From Candidatus Poribacteria bacterium (GTDB lineage Bacteria > Poribacteria > WGA-4E > PCPOR2b): a stretch of DNA of 64,000 bases. Shown here one piece after another: positions 28,478 through 39,324 of the stretch. Under the pieces are notes generated by a model. It was not told the origin of the DNA and did no database searches. It was given only the letters and a program-made list of their open reading frames with translations. Position 1 is the first letter of the stretch, and the number at the start of each line of letters is the position of its first letter. Made by a program: the position numbers and the translations under genes. The stretch is from contig OZ242326.1 of the NCBI GenBank assembly GCA_965208325.1, forward strand, positions 64,001 to 128,000, given 5' to 3'.

Positions 28478-29083
28478 ATGCCTACCAAAACTGAACTGAA
28501 ACAACGTGAAGCCATTTCACTCTTTCTGACTGGCAAAACCGAAACCGAGGTAGCCGAAGCCATTGGCGTATCTCGCCAAACGATTTGGAAATGGAAGAAG
28601 GAAACAGATTTTAATCACGATATTGTCGAGGCAGGCGAGTGCATTCTCGCGGAACATACATTGGCAGTTTCAAGTCTCGTAGACGAATCACTCGGCGTCA
28701 TGTCCGAACTGCTAAAAAGTGATGACGAGAGCATACGGTTCAAAGCCGCAACGACCATCCTAAACTCCGCCAGCAATTGGCGCGCGCAGCGTCCCGCAGC
28801 CCCGGGTCACAAAACGGCTGAAAGCGAACTCCACGAAACCCAAGTTGACGCCATTATGCAGATCGAGCAGTGGAAAGTACAATTCACAAAGCAAGGTGGC
28901 AAGCCGGATGATTTCACGATGTGGTTGTTGCAAGGAATGCCCGAAATTAAAGGCAATGGCGCGGAGGCCGCGAAGTCCAACGAACCAGCAAAACCGGATT
29001 CGGTAAAGGCGAAATCAGCAAAAAACGGCGGCTTGAAGAACGGCGGTATTTCAAATCTAAAAAATTCCCGCCAAAAATCATGA
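28478..29083 (+). CDS. HTH DNA-binding protein (phBC6A51/terminase-small-subunit-like N-terminus)
   Basis: KQREAI..F.TG.T.TEVAEAIGVSRQTIWKWKK..DF, then a helical region with S.RFKAA..IL; GGAGG RBS. Confidence 0.65.
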   Translation: MPTKTELKQREAISLFLTGKTETEVAEAIGVSRQTIWKWKKETDFNHDIVEAGECILAEHTLAVSSLVDESLGVMSELLKSDDESIRFKAATTILNSASNWRAQRPAAPGHKTAESELHETQVDAIMQIEQWKVQFTKQGGKPDDFTMWLLQGMPEIKGNGAEAAKSNEPAKPDSVKAKSAKNGGLKNGGISNLKNSRQKS

Positions 29084-29863
29084 ATGGGGGAAAAACTATT
29101 GCCTATGAAAAGCGACCTTACAGCAGCAATCGATCACTTGACCGTCTACGGATACTGCATTCTGGAAGATCGCATTCCCGAGGACATGGCGTTGAGCATG
29201 GCCAATCGCTTCGTCGAATTGCACGATGACCCGAAGTGCCAGCCTTACAACACGGGGGACGAGTATTATCAGACGCTGTTTGGGATGGTGAACTTCGACG
29301 ACCGGGTGTGGACCTGTGCTAGTCATCCGGATACCGTTGCAATCGCGGAGCATTTTCTAGGGCCAAACTGCCGCATCCCCGATGCGTGTTCCAAGCCCAC
29401 GTGGCCCGGTGCGCCGCATGGCGGACTGCACGTTGATTCCGCACACAACTTCGCCGTGGTTCCCAATGTTCCTTGGATGATTAACAGCATTTGGATGTTG
29501 ACGGAGTTCACCGAAGAGAACGGCGCAACCGGCGTGGTACCGATGAGCCACCGTTCCCGCCTGCATGGTCCGCCGTCGGACATCACGCCGGACAGCCCGC
29601 TCGTGAAACCCATCACCGGACGCCCCGGCACCGTAATGATGTGGCACGGCGGGCTATTTCACATGTCGCGCGCCAACACCACATCCAATGAAATTCGTGT
29701 CGGTCTGAACATAGGTTACTGCCCGCGGTGGTTCAATACGTGGGTAGAGGGCGGACATCAGCCGGTGTGGCCCGAGACATACGAGCGAATGCCGCCGGAA
29801 ATGAAGCGGCTGTGCCTCGGGAAATTGGGCCGCGACCGTGCAGAACTGTACGAACGGTTTTAA
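29084..29863 (+). CDS. Phytanoyl-CoA dioxygenase (PhyH) family Fe(II)/2OG oxygenase
   Basis: GYCILED, LHVD (HxD), WMLTEFTEENGAT.VVP.SH and G...H....N...R motifs. Confidence 0.9.
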   Translation: MGEKLLPMKSDLTAAIDHLTVYGYCILEDRIPEDMALSMANRFVELHDDPKCQPYNTGDEYYQTLFGMVNFDDRVWTCASHPDTVAIAEHFLGPNCRIPDACSKPTWPGAPHGGLHVDSAHNFAVVPNVPWMINSIWMLTEFTEENGATGVVPMSHRSRLHGPPSDITPDSPLVKPITGRPGTVMMWHGGLFHMSRANTTSNEIRVGLNIGYCPRWFNTWVEGGHQPVWPETYERMPPEMKRLCLGKLGRDRAELYERF

Positions 29864-29926
29864 ATAACTGTTTGGCGCTTAAATCTTACGTACGCCGCAA
29901 TGGTGAGGTTGTGTGCACCGGCACCG

Positions 29927-30706
29927 TCATGAAAAGATATCGCGAAATCGAGTCATCGCCTCAACGTCGTCGCCTTTCGGAAACGCTTCCAAGCCGATGA
30001 CCCCGTCATAGTTCAACTCGCGCAAGACGTGGACAATGCCCGGATAATTCATCTCCCCAGTGCCCGGCTCATGGCGGCCGGGCACGTCCGCTACGTGTAA
30101 ATTGCCGATGTAATCGTAATAGTCCCGGACAGTCTGGATGACATTGCCCTGCTGGAGTTGCATGTGATACAGATCGCAAAGCAGTTTGATGCGCGGACTG
30201 CCAACTTCGTCAAGAAGATTCGTGACATCCGCGGTATGTGGGAAGGGATATCCGGCGTGATCGACCTTGATGTTTAGTTGCTCCACATGGTAAATAGTAC
30301 CGTGCTTTTCCGCGAGTTCAGCCACGCGGCATAGTGTCTTATAGGCGGTAATCCACATCGTCGCCGGATGCGCCGCTATGGGGTGCACAACATTGCCGGC
30401 TTCGTCTAATTCCCCAGTCAAAAGGCACAGATTCCTGCAGTTCAGCCTCCCGGCGAGGTCGAGGCACTTCTCAACCCCATCCATAAACAGCTCGACGCCA
30501 TCGGGATGTACCATACTCCCGCCCATACATCCAGGTATGGCGTTGACTTCGATATTGGGATCAGCGGCGATTCGTTCAATCGCGCTCTCGTCCGAACCCC
30601 AAAAATCAACAAGAAACCCGGCTTGGGCAATCTCTCTTACTCGCTGTTCAAAGGGTATGTTTTGCAGAACCGTGCCAGCCGACACAGATAAACGATACAT
30701 GGGCAA
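29927..30706 (-). CDS. Hydroxypyruvate isomerase-like sugar phosphate isomerase (TIM barrel)
   Basis: EQLN..VDH.GY, DLYHMQ, H.ADVPGRHEPGTGE.NY and GLEAF motifs. Confidence 0.88.
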   Translation of the reverse strand: MPMYRLSVSAGTVLQNIPFEQRVREIAQAGFLVDFWGSDESAIERIAADPNIEVNAIPGCMGGSMVHPDGVELFMDGVEKCLDLAGRLNCRNLCLLTGELDEAGNVVHPIAAHPATMWITAYKTLCRVAELAEKHGTIYHVEQLNIKVDHAGYPFPHTADVTNLLDEVGSPRIKLLCDLYHMQLQQGNVIQTVRDYYDYIGNLHVADVPGRHEPGTGEMNYPGIVHVLRELNYDGVIGLEAFPKGDDVEAMTRFRDIFS

Positions 30707-30948
30707 CTCCTTTTAGATGTTGGGAGAATATTCGCTCGCCAACAACATCGCCGTGCAGAACTTTGAGATTGATGGCGCAACCGGTCAAAACATTATACCA
30801 CGTTTCGTGGGATTTCTGTCAATCGGTTTTAGCTCACCGCGCTGCCGCTGAATGTTCATTGTGATTCGCGGTTATAATGTGGTATCATTCTAATCTAAGT
30901 CCTATATTTCACTGCCGGATTCCGCCTGATTACGCAAGGAGGCAAAGG

Positions 30949-32748
30949 ATGCAACCCGATTCTGCCGAAGAAACTATTCAACGGCTAACGTTCAGTCTGT
31001 CAGAGCTAGAGCAGCTTGGTGAGGCAATTCTTACAGGCGGGGGAAATTTTAATGTGTCTAGCAAGACATATCTGCGGGTAATTCTTGGAACATTGGGCGT
31101 AACCAAGGGCGCAATTTTTTCTTTCGATGCGGCGGAAAGCCATCTGGTGATTGAATCGGAGATTAACCTCAATAATGAATCACTAGTAATTCCAGTGGCT
31201 TCGGACGAAATTTCCATCATACGCGGTTCCTCAATCATTGAAATTTCTCAGCCGCCCCACCTCCTGGAGCCGTTGTTTAACAGCATTCGGCCGCAACTGC
31301 AAAACCTTGACGCTCAACTCTGGGCGCCGCTCAAAATCCGTGACGAACTTCTGGGAGTCATCAGTCTGGGCCCGTTTCTATCCGGAATGAGAATGGAATC
31401 GTGGGCGCGCGGCGTGTTAAGTGTATTAGCCAACCAAACCTCGATTGCAATGGCATATTCACGTTTGATGGATGAGATGCGCGCTGACAAGTTTCACCTT
31501 TTTCTCCTTTCTGATATAACCACTCAGATTTACAAACAGTTGAACACGGAACGTCTAGAGGAGGAAATCATAAGCCATGCAGTAACGCTGTTAGACGCCA
31601 ACGCGGGTTACCTATTCCTCACCGATCCGTTTACCCGCCAACTCGAGTTAAAGAGCAGCTTATACCTCAATCCGGCATCGGATTCCGGCCTGACGGCAAA
31701 TCCTAACGAAATAGGTGAGTTGTCGTCCCATGCCATGATTAGTGATGTTGCAGCGGGCGGGAGAACATTGGTGTGCAATGATGAAAAAACGGCTGCGCCG
31801 TTTGGCAGGGCGAACCTGATAGCTACTCCGATTTTTGGGCGTGAGGAAAATTTGGGTGTTCTCGTTGTATGCGACAAGGAGGATCGAGGCGGAGTTGCGC
31901 GTAAACTGACTTCCGAGGACAGAATTCTGCTTGAAGCCTTTTCAAACCAATCGGGTGTGATTGTCGAAAATGCACGGCTTTATCAAGAGGCGCTTGAACG
32001 GCGGCGAATGCAAGCAGAAATGGAGGAAGCGGAAAAAATTCAGAGAAACCTCCTCCCAGACGCGCCGCCTGAAATCGCCGGTTATGAACTCGCGGGGATT
32101 TCTATACCGCGCGGCGGTGTTGGCGGAGATTACTACGATTACATTCGAGAACCCAATGGGCGGTGGGGACTTGCGATTGCCGATGTCTCTGGAAAAGGCA
32201 TGCAGGCTGCCCTGCTGATGGCAACACTGCGGGCCGGCTTGCTTTCAGAAGTAGCGCGGCGCAATGATTTGCCGAGCATGGCAATAACCCTGAATTCGCT
32301 GCTTTATGAGAGCAGTACACTGGGCAAATTCGCAACCTTCTTCTACGCGCAGTTGGATCCGGAAACCGGTGTGTTGACTACAATGAATGCAGGGCATAAC
32401 TACCCCGTGGTTGTTCGAAGTGATGGCAGCACAGAGCGGCTAACGGTCGGCGGCGTAATGTTAGGCATGTTTCCCGATGATATGATCCATCAGATTTCGG
32501 CCTATGAGCAGGAAACGATTGAGCTTGATAACGGCGACATCGTCCTGTTTTATACCGATGGCGTGACCGAAACATTCAACATCAACAAAGAGCTTTTTGG
32601 AGAGAAACGGTTGGAACACCTCGTGAGCCGGATTCATCACCGAGATGCGAAGGAAATTTGCGGTTCAATACATAATGCAGTGTTGGAATTCCAAGGGGAA
32701 GCCCAGCAGTTTGACGATTTAACGCTCATGGTGCTTAAGAAAACGTAA
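30949..32748 (+). CDS. GAF-GAF-SpoIIE (PP2C, RsbU-like) phosphatase, paralogue 1 (likely start 30949)
   Basis: GAF repeats; GGDYYD, IADVSGKG, NAGH, YTDGVTE and DDLTL PP2C motifs; AGGAGG RBS. Confidence 0.9.
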   Translation: MQPDSAEETIQRLTFSLSELEQLGEAILTGGGNFNVSSKTYLRVILGTLGVTKGAIFSFDAAESHLVIESEINLNNESLVIPVASDEISIIRGSSIIEISQPPHLLEPLFNSIRPQLQNLDAQLWAPLKIRDELLGVISLGPFLSGMRMESWARGVLSVLANQTSIAMAYSRLMDEMRADKFHLFLLSDITTQIYKQLNTERLEEEIISHAVTLLDANAGYLFLTDPFTRQLELKSSLYLNPASDSGLTANPNEIGELSSHAMISDVAAGGRTLVCNDEKTAAPFGRANLIATPIFGREENLGVLVVCDKEDRGGVARKLTSEDRILLEAFSNQSGVIVENARLYQEALERRRMQAEMEEAEKIQRNLLPDAPPEIAGYELAGISIPRGGVGGDYYDYIREPNGRWGLAIADVSGKGMQAALLMATLRAGLLSEVARRNDLPSMAITLNSLLYESSTLGKFATFFYAQLDPETGVLTTMNAGHNYPVVVRSDGSTERLTVGGVMLGMFPDDMIHQISAYEQETIELDNGDIVLFYTDGVTETFNINKELFGEKRLEHLVSRIHHRDAKEICGSIHNAVLEFQGEAQQFDDLTLMVLKKT

Positions 32749-32802
32749 TCGCCGTGTAACTGCGGCATTTGGCGACATGCGTTTGATAAGGAAGTTGAGA
32801 AC

Positions 32803-32831
32803 TTGACAAAACGATGTATTTCAATTAAAAT
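32803..32831 (+). promoter_or_regulatory. Near-consensus sigma70 promoter upstream of the STAS gene
   Basis: TTGACA-17nt-TAAAAT. Confidence 0.6.
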
Positions 32832-32965
32832 AGTGTAAGCCAACGTAGAATGACAATCGCCAAGTGATTTGACAAACATCAGGGGACAGTTAGCGTGTGC
32901 GCGTCTAATCACCAAAACAGCATAATTCCCCGTAGATTTTGATTATACGTTAGGAGGTAATACTA

Positions 32966-33316
32966 TTGAAAATCAATGTTAGCCAACGTGATGATGTTAT
33001 CATTTTAACGCCGATTGGCAAAATCATTGGTCCGGCTGTCAGCGATCTCAGAAAGACGATTGATGAGCAACTCGCTAATTTTACCGATGCGCCCAAATTT
33101 CTAATCAATTTTGCCGACGTTTCGATGTTGGATAGTTCGGGGCTCGGAACGCTCATGGGGACGCATGTATCTGTTGTGCGCAAAAATGGACGCATTGCCG
33201 TCATAAATGTTGGTGCGAACATCAAAAACCTAATTGTTAGAAGCCGATTAATCAGCGTCTTTGAGCATTTTGACAGTGAAGACGAAGCCATCGCATCGCT
33301 TACATCGGACGGATAA
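32966..33316 (+). CDS. STAS-domain anti-anti-sigma factor (RsbV-like), TTG start
   Basis: DVSMLDSSGLGTL phospho-Ser motif; AGGAGG RBS. Confidence 0.9.
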   Translation: MKINVSQRDDVIILTPIGKIIGPAVSDLRKTIDEQLANFTDAPKFLINFADVSMLDSSGLGTLMGTHVSVVRKNGRIAVINVGANIKNLIVRSRLISVFEHFDSEDEAIASLTSDG

Positions 33317-33442
33317 CTGCACTCATTAGTGCCGATGAGTAGACAGATTGATTTTTTTGGGGAACTCTGAGGAAGTCTAAGAAGGATAAAAACTAGCCTC
33401 TTTTGCACATCCAATCTGCCCAAATAGAATGGAGATGCTAAG

Positions 33443-35254
33443 ATGCAGTCTGCTTCTGCTGAAGAAACCATTCAACGACTAGTTCTCAATCTGTCTGAGC
33501 TTGAACATCTCGGTGATGCGGTTGTTTCCGGCCGCGGCAACTTTAGCGCTTCGAGTCAGGCATATCTTCGGATAGTCCTTGATACACTGAGTGTGACCGA
33601 TGGGGCAATTTTGCGCTTCCATCCGAATGCTAACGAACTTACCATCGAATCGTCAATCAATGTCGATGATGATTCACTCGTGATTTCGGTGCATCCCGGC
33701 GAGATTGCCGCCATGATTCAGTTTCCGGTCCTCGATCTGTCACGTCCGCCGCTCGTCCTGGAGCCGTTTTTTGATGCTATTCAACCTCAGTTGAAGCGCC
33801 TTGGCGCCCACCTATGGGCTCCGTTAAAAATTGGCGAGGAATGTTTTGGCGTAATCAGTTTAGGCGCACTTCCCGCTCGCATCAAAATGGCATCATGGAG
33901 CAGGAAACTTGTGAATGTGCTAGCCAACTATGTTTCAAGACAGATTGCACATTCGCGAGCGCTGGAAGAGATGAAAACTGCCAAGTTTCAGCTCTTTCTG
34001 CTTTCCGATATCGCCGCACAGATGGGCAGGTTGTTGGATACGGCGCACCTTGAGAGTGAAATAGTGCACCACGCTGTCAGTCTCTTTGACGCACGCGGCG
34101 GTTGTTTACTGCTTATGGATGCAATGAGCCAACGGCTCGAGATGAAAAGCAGCTTTGTTATGGAGGCAGAATCCAATCCTGAATGGGAAGACCTTTCGAT
34201 TTCACTTCAAGGCAACGGAGAAGTTCATCCCGCGGTTTCCCTGCTCCGCGGAGTCGCAGCGCAAGGTAAAACGCTCATTCGCAACCGCGAAAAAGAAGCG
34301 GAGTTTTTCGGCGCAAAAAATCTCATGGTGGTGCCGATTTTTGGACGTGAGATTCTGGGCGTATTGGTTGTTTATGATAAGGAAGAGCAGCACGGAGTTA
34401 CTGCAGACTTCACGCAAAGAGATGGGATTTTGTTGGAAGCCTTCGCCAATCAGGCAGGGGTCGTCATAGAAAATGCGCGGCTGTATCAAGAAGCTCGAGA
34501 ACGTCGTCGGCTGCAAACAGAAATTGAGGAAGCGTCAAAAATACAGAAAAATCTCATCCCCTCCACTCCGCCGGAAATCCCCGGCTACGAGGTAGTCGGA
34601 TTGAGTGTTCCCCACCACGATGAAGTTGGGGGAGATTATTACGATTTTATTAAAGAACCGGATGGGTTGTGGGGATTTGCAGTTGCTGATGTCTGTGGAA
34701 AAGGCATGCAAGCTGCGCTGCTTATGGCGATGCTTCGGATGGGGCTGCGCGCAGAGGTAGCCAGACACAATGATTTGAGGTCAATGGCGGCAGCGCTGAA
34801 TGCGCTGCTTTATGAAGGGAGTACTACTGACACTTATGCTACCCTTGTTTACGCCAAGTTGGATCCAGCACGCGGAGTGCTCACGTCCATTAGCGCGGGG
34901 CACAACCTTGCAATGGTTGTGCGGCGTGACGGCAGCGTAAAGCGCTTGGAGAAGGGTGGTCTAGTATTGGGGATGTATCCCGATGACTTGCTTCGTCAAA
35001 TTGTAGAATATGAACAAGAAACAACGATATTGTCCAGCGGCGACACGGTTCTGCTTTACACCGACGGAATTACCGACACCCTAAACTTAGACGATGAAAT
35101 GTTTGGAGAAGCGCGCTTAGTTGAACTTGTGACGGAGCGGCGCAATGCAGCCGCCACCGAAATTTGCACGGCAATTTACAATGCCGTACAAAGTTTTCAA
35201 GGGGAAGCCAATCCATTCGACGATTTAACGCTGATGGTTCTTAAGAGAAAGTGA
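33443..35254 (+). CDS. GAF-GAF-SpoIIE phosphatase, paralogue 2
   Basis: Colinear with 30949-32748 (SAEETIQRL start; GGDYYD, ADVCGKG, YTDGI, DDLTL). Confidence 0.9.
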   Translation: MQSASAEETIQRLVLNLSELEHLGDAVVSGRGNFSASSQAYLRIVLDTLSVTDGAILRFHPNANELTIESSINVDDDSLVISVHPGEIAAMIQFPVLDLSRPPLVLEPFFDAIQPQLKRLGAHLWAPLKIGEECFGVISLGALPARIKMASWSRKLVNVLANYVSRQIAHSRALEEMKTAKFQLFLLSDIAAQMGRLLDTAHLESEIVHHAVSLFDARGGCLLLMDAMSQRLEMKSSFVMEAESNPEWEDLSISLQGNGEVHPAVSLLRGVAAQGKTLIRNREKEAEFFGAKNLMVVPIFGREILGVLVVYDKEEQHGVTADFTQRDGILLEAFANQAGVVIENARLYQEARERRRLQTEIEEASKIQKNLIPSTPPEIPGYEVVGLSVPHHDEVGGDYYDFIKEPDGLWGFAVADVCGKGMQAALLMAMLRMGLRAEVARHNDLRSMAAALNALLYEGSTTDTYATLVYAKLDPARGVLTSISAGHNLAMVVRRDGSVKRLEKGGLVLGMYPDDLLRQIVEYEQETTILSSGDTVLLYTDGITDTLNLDDEMFGEARLVELVTERRNAAATEICTAIYNAVQSFQGEANPFDDLTLMVLKRK

Positions 35255-35337
35255 CAATCAGCGGCCGGGGCGCATTCAGGAGCTACTTCAAAATTGACCG
35301 TTATTGAAAAGGCGTCTTTCACTATGCGGAGGCCACT

Positions 35338-37515
35338 ATGGAACGAGATGTCTCAAAACGCATGCAGAAGTCCATTATTGCGTATTCAGCATTAGGAATA
35401 TGCGCAATCGGCTTAATTGTTTCGTTCATCAGCATCTCTTCGTATTATCAAGATCGCAAGAAATTAGAGGAAAGAAATCTCGTCCAGACGGTAGATACTC
35501 GGGGTATAGCCGTTGATGAATATCTGTCTCGCTTAAAAGATATTGCAAAACTAATTACTAGCCAGAGCGAAGCCCGCGAGCAACTTGAAGCCTACAGCAA
35601 CGGGGAGGTGAAGCGAGAAGCATTAACCCGTTTTAGCGGAATCACATTGAATAATGCCATGCAGACATCTGAGCTAGTGGACGGCATCGTTCGGATTGAC
35701 GCAGACGGTGAATCCATCGTTCGTGTCGGATTGCCGATACCAGAAAAGGAGTGGCCATCATACGCTGGAAGGTTCAGCGGCATGATTGTTCACGGTCCGG
35801 TTTCATTGTATGGCGAACCTTATATTATTGTCAGCGCGCCGATTTTCGGGGTAGACGCAGAACGTATCGGAACTGACTTGGTACTATTCAGAATGTCTGC
35901 CTTACAAAAACTAGTTAAGGATTACGCCGGCTTGGGAGAAACTGGAGAAATTATTTTGGGGCGATACACAACTCGCGGCGTCGAGGTATTCTTCCCCATG
36001 CGGGAGGTTGAAAGCACACCCATTGGAGAGGTCCCCAAGGATTCCCCAATTGGGTTTGCACTCAAAGCTGCCTCGGGTGACGCTTTCGGAATGATAGGTC
36101 CTGACACGTTCCCGAATAGTCCGTTTGTTATTGCCTATAACTTTGTTAAAGATACCGATTGGGGAATTCTTGCAAAGGTGGATAAGGATGAGCTCTTTGC
36201 GCCAATCAATCGCAAAATTCTTGAAATCGGCAGCGTCATTATAGGCCTCACATTACTCGGCACTTGCGGAATGGTACTGCTGCTTCGTCCGCTTACAGGC
36301 AGGATTATTATCCATACCGATGAGTTGGAGACTGAGATTGAAGAAAAGACCGTGGATTTGCAAAATGAAATTGAGGAGCGAAAAAGAACCGAAGCAGCGC
36401 TCGTTCGATTAGCCTCATTGCCCGAACAAAGCCCCGATCCTGTTATTGAAACCGGCCTTGATGGGAAGGTGAACTATCTCAACCCGGCTGCACAACTGCA
36501 ATTTGCAAATTTGGATGAGATTGGGCTTGAACACCCGACACTAGAGGGATTGCAGCCAATCATCGCCTCGTTTCAAAGTGACAAAGAGGAATCTTTTACT
36601 CGCGAAATCGACCTTGGGAGCCTCGTATACGTGCAGAAAATCTGCCATGTCTCGGACAGTAACCTGATTCGAATCTACATGACCGACATTTCAGACCGCA
36701 AGTGGGCTGAGGCGGAATTGCAAGGCGCAAAGGAGGCCGCCGAATATGCCAACCGCGCAAAGAGTGAATTCCTCACCAACATGAGCCATGAACTTCGCAC
36801 GCCCTTGAACGCCATCATCGGATTTTCAGAGATTTTGCGGGATGCCATTCTAGGTCCCGTGAACGATAGCCAAGAAGAGTTGATTCGCGACATACACACC
36901 AGTGGACACCACCTCTTGGATATGATTAACGGAATTTTGGATTTGGCTAAAATCGAAGCGGGCAAAATGGATTTACAACTTGAGATGTTCTCCGTCGAGA
37001 CGGCGATGGCGGAGGTGAATGCCATCGTTAATGCCATCGCAAACAAAAAACAGATTGAACCCGCGCTTGAATTCGATCAAGATGTCTCAATAGAAGCGGA
37101 CAAAGTCAAATTCAAGCAAATTCTCTACAATTTGCTTTCAAACGCTATTAAATTCACTGGTGAACGCGGTCAAGTAATCACGAGGTTTAGTGTATCTGAA
37201 AATGAGCTGGTGACTCAAGTGACCGATACTGGTGTAGGCATGACGCCGGAGGAACAAGAAAAGTTGTTTCAACCATTCATGCAACTTGATGCCTCAAAAT
37301 CCCGCGAATATAGCGGAAGCGGATTGGGACTCGCCTTAACCAGAAGATTGGTGGAAATTCATGGTGGGAAGATTTGGGTCGAGAGCGAAAAAGGTCAGGG
37401 GAGCACCTTTCAGTTTACACTCCCCTTGAGTCAATTGGCGAAGACACCGCAGCCTGCCGCTGTCGAATTTTCTGCATCCATTCACGGTGATGACACCATT
37501 CTCGCTGAAGACTAA
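35338..37515 (+). CDS. Membrane sensor histidine kinase (Cache-like extracytoplasmic domain, PAS, HisKA, HATPase)
   Basis: Two TM segments; AKSEFLTNMSHELRTPLNAI, NLLSNAIKFT, DTGVGM and GSGLGL motifs. Confidence 0.93.
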   Translation: MERDVSKRMQKSIIAYSALGICAIGLIVSFISISSYYQDRKKLEERNLVQTVDTRGIAVDEYLSRLKDIAKLITSQSEAREQLEAYSNGEVKREALTRFSGITLNNAMQTSELVDGIVRIDADGESIVRVGLPIPEKEWPSYAGRFSGMIVHGPVSLYGEPYIIVSAPIFGVDAERIGTDLVLFRMSALQKLVKDYAGLGETGEIILGRYTTRGVEVFFPMREVESTPIGEVPKDSPIGFALKAASGDAFGMIGPDTFPNSPFVIAYNFVKDTDWGILAKVDKDELFAPINRKILEIGSVIIGLTLLGTCGMVLLLRPLTGRIIIHTDELETEIEEKTVDLQNEIEERKRTEAALVRLASLPEQSPDPVIETGLDGKVNYLNPAAQLQFANLDEIGLEHPTLEGLQPIIASFQSDKEESFTREIDLGSLVYVQKICHVSDSNLIRIYMTDISDRKWAEAELQGAKEAAEYANRAKSEFLTNMSHELRTPLNAIIGFSEILRDAILGPVNDSQEELIRDIHTSGHHLLDMINGILDLAKIEAGKMDLQLEMFSVETAMAEVNAIVNAIANKKQIEPALEFDQDVSIEADKVKFKQILYNLLSNAIKFTGERGQVITRFSVSENELVTQVTDTGVGMTPEEQEKLFQPFMQLDASKSREYSGSGLGLALTRRLVEIHGGKIWVESEKGQGSTFQFTLPLSQLAKTPQPAAVEFSASIHGDDTILAED

Positions 37516-37656
37516 ATCACAACAGCGGACCCCGCGTCGGAGTCAGTTGAATTTTCAGATGTAGATGGGCGTTAAGCCAAGCTTGATACCGACGATTTGA
37601 TTGCTGGAAGGGCAAGCCATAGACGCAAAACCAGATGGGAAGGAGAGTTCCTACTC

Positions 37657-38034
37657 ATGAGTACCAAGCGCGTATTAGTGGTCGAAGATGTTGAAATGAA
37701 TCGTAAGCTCGTGCGAATTGTTTTGACGACAAAAGGTTACGAAATAATAGAAGCCACGCATGCGGAAGAGGCGCTCGAAATACTTCAAACCGAGGTGCCC
37801 GATTTGATTCTAATGGACATCGCTCTGCCCGGAATAAGTGGAGAAGAATTGACACGCCAGATTAAAGCCGATCCGCGGTGGTGTCATGTGCCTATCATCG
37901 CTTTAACGGCGGCGGCAATGAAGGGCGACCGAGAACAGTTTCTCAGCGCAGGATGTAACGATTATATCAGCAAGCCCATTGATACACACGCCCTCGCCGA
38001 GATTGTAGATCGGTATCTCTTAAAGGAATTTTAG
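37657..38034 (+). CDS. Single-domain response regulator (likely start 37657)
   Basis: VLVVED, LILMDI.LPG.SG, IIALTA and YISKP motifs. Confidence 0.92.
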   Translation: MSTKRVLVVEDVEMNRKLVRIVLTTKGYEIIEATHAEEALEILQTEVPDLILMDIALPGISGEELTRQIKADPRWCHVPIIALTAAAMKGDREQFLSAGCNDYISKPIDTHALAEIVDRYLLKEF

Positions 38035-38038
38035 TGTA

Positions 38039-39217
38039 ATGAAAGACCCTAGCCCAATAATTCTCGTTGTTGACGATGAACCCAGAAATATCCGGGTGCT
38101 TCAAATCCTTCTTGAGGCAAAAGGGTACACTGTTATCACCGCAGAGCATGGACAAGAAGCACTAGACCATGTAAAAGCAGGTCCTCCGGATCTGATTTTG
38201 CTGGATATTATGATGCCGCGAATGAACGGCTTTGAGGTCTGTCAAAGAATTCGCGCGGATGAAGACGCCCAATTCGTTCCAATTGTGATGGTTACTGCAC
38301 TGACGGAGGCTCATGACCGAATCAAAGCCATTGAAGTCGGAGCCGACGATTTTATCTCGAAACCGTTTGACAGTTACGAAATTATCGCCCGCGCGCGTTC
38401 CCTGTTGCGCGTCAAACAATACCACGATGCACTCAAACAAGCCAATCAAGAACTCGCAGAGCACAATGCCCGCTTGGATATGGAATTGCAAATGGCGCAA
38501 GAGGTACAGGCGAGCCTGATGCCGCAGCGAATTACAAACATGGCAGGATTTCAAATTGTATCGCACTATTCGCCTGAGATTGCCGTGGGAGGAGACTTTT
38601 TCGATCTGTGGGAAGTGGGACCAGGGAAACTGGGAGTTCTAATCTCCGATGTGATGGGACACGGCGTACCCGCCGCTTTTGTTACCGTGTTCATTAAGAC
38701 CATCGTCGAGGAAATGAGGGAACAGACCGACGATCCCGGACGGATACTAGAAGTATTAAACACGCGTTTCGACAAATCCATGAGCTTAGATTTGGCGATT
38801 TTCGCCACTGCGTTCTGCGCGGTCATAGATCGATCCGACCAAACGCTTCGCTGGGCAAATGCGGGACATCCCTTCCCCTTTCTGATACGCCGCGGACTGG
38901 GTGTTTGTGAAACCGTCGAAAACGAGTCCATCGGCGAAGGGCTGGGACTCCTATCCGATTCAATTTATCACACGTTTCAAGTCCCTTTCAATCCATCGGA
39001 CGGCTTGTTCCTTTATACCGACGGTGCACACGAACTTCAGAATTCCAACGGAGAGGAATTCAGTCCGGAACGCCTTCAGAATGTGCTCGTTGAACAAAAC
39101 TCGAAGCCCGCAACGGTTCTTGTGGATAGCGTTGTGCAGGCAATCGATCAATTTAGCGTGGGAATACCAAGGGAAGATGACATTACAATTGTGGCCATAG
39201 ACGCGCACGCTGAATAA
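38039..39217 (+). CDS. REC-SpoIIE phosphatase (RsbY-like)
   Basis: REC (VVDD, LLDIMMP, FISKP) plus PP2C (GGDFFD, SDVMGHG, NAGH, YTDG, DDIT). Confidence 0.92.
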   Translation: MKDPSPIILVVDDEPRNIRVLQILLEAKGYTVITAEHGQEALDHVKAGPPDLILLDIMMPRMNGFEVCQRIRADEDAQFVPIVMVTALTEAHDRIKAIEVGADDFISKPFDSYEIIARARSLLRVKQYHDALKQANQELAEHNARLDMELQMAQEVQASLMPQRITNMAGFQIVSHYSPEIAVGGDFFDLWEVGPGKLGVLISDVMGHGVPAAFVTVFIKTIVEEMREQTDDPGRILEVLNTRFDKSMSLDLAIFATAFCAVIDRSDQTLRWANAGHPFPFLIRRGLGVCETVENESIGEGLGLLSDSIYHTFQVPFNPSDGLFLYTDGAHELQNSNGEEFSPERLQNVLVEQNSKPATVLVDSVVQAIDQFSVGIPREDDITIVAIDAHAE

Positions 39218-39324
39218 TGTGCACGTTAGGCATACTCACCCCTTTCGCGCTAAATGAGGGAGTATTTCTCTAGAGCAACTTCAGTGCTTCTTTGTTGTCT
39301 CCAATGAAGTAATTCACAGTCTGG

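Noticed and set aside
28478..29083. Prophage, suggested by the terminase-small-like HTH
   Set aside because: No large terminase, portal, capsid or integrase genes are nearby.
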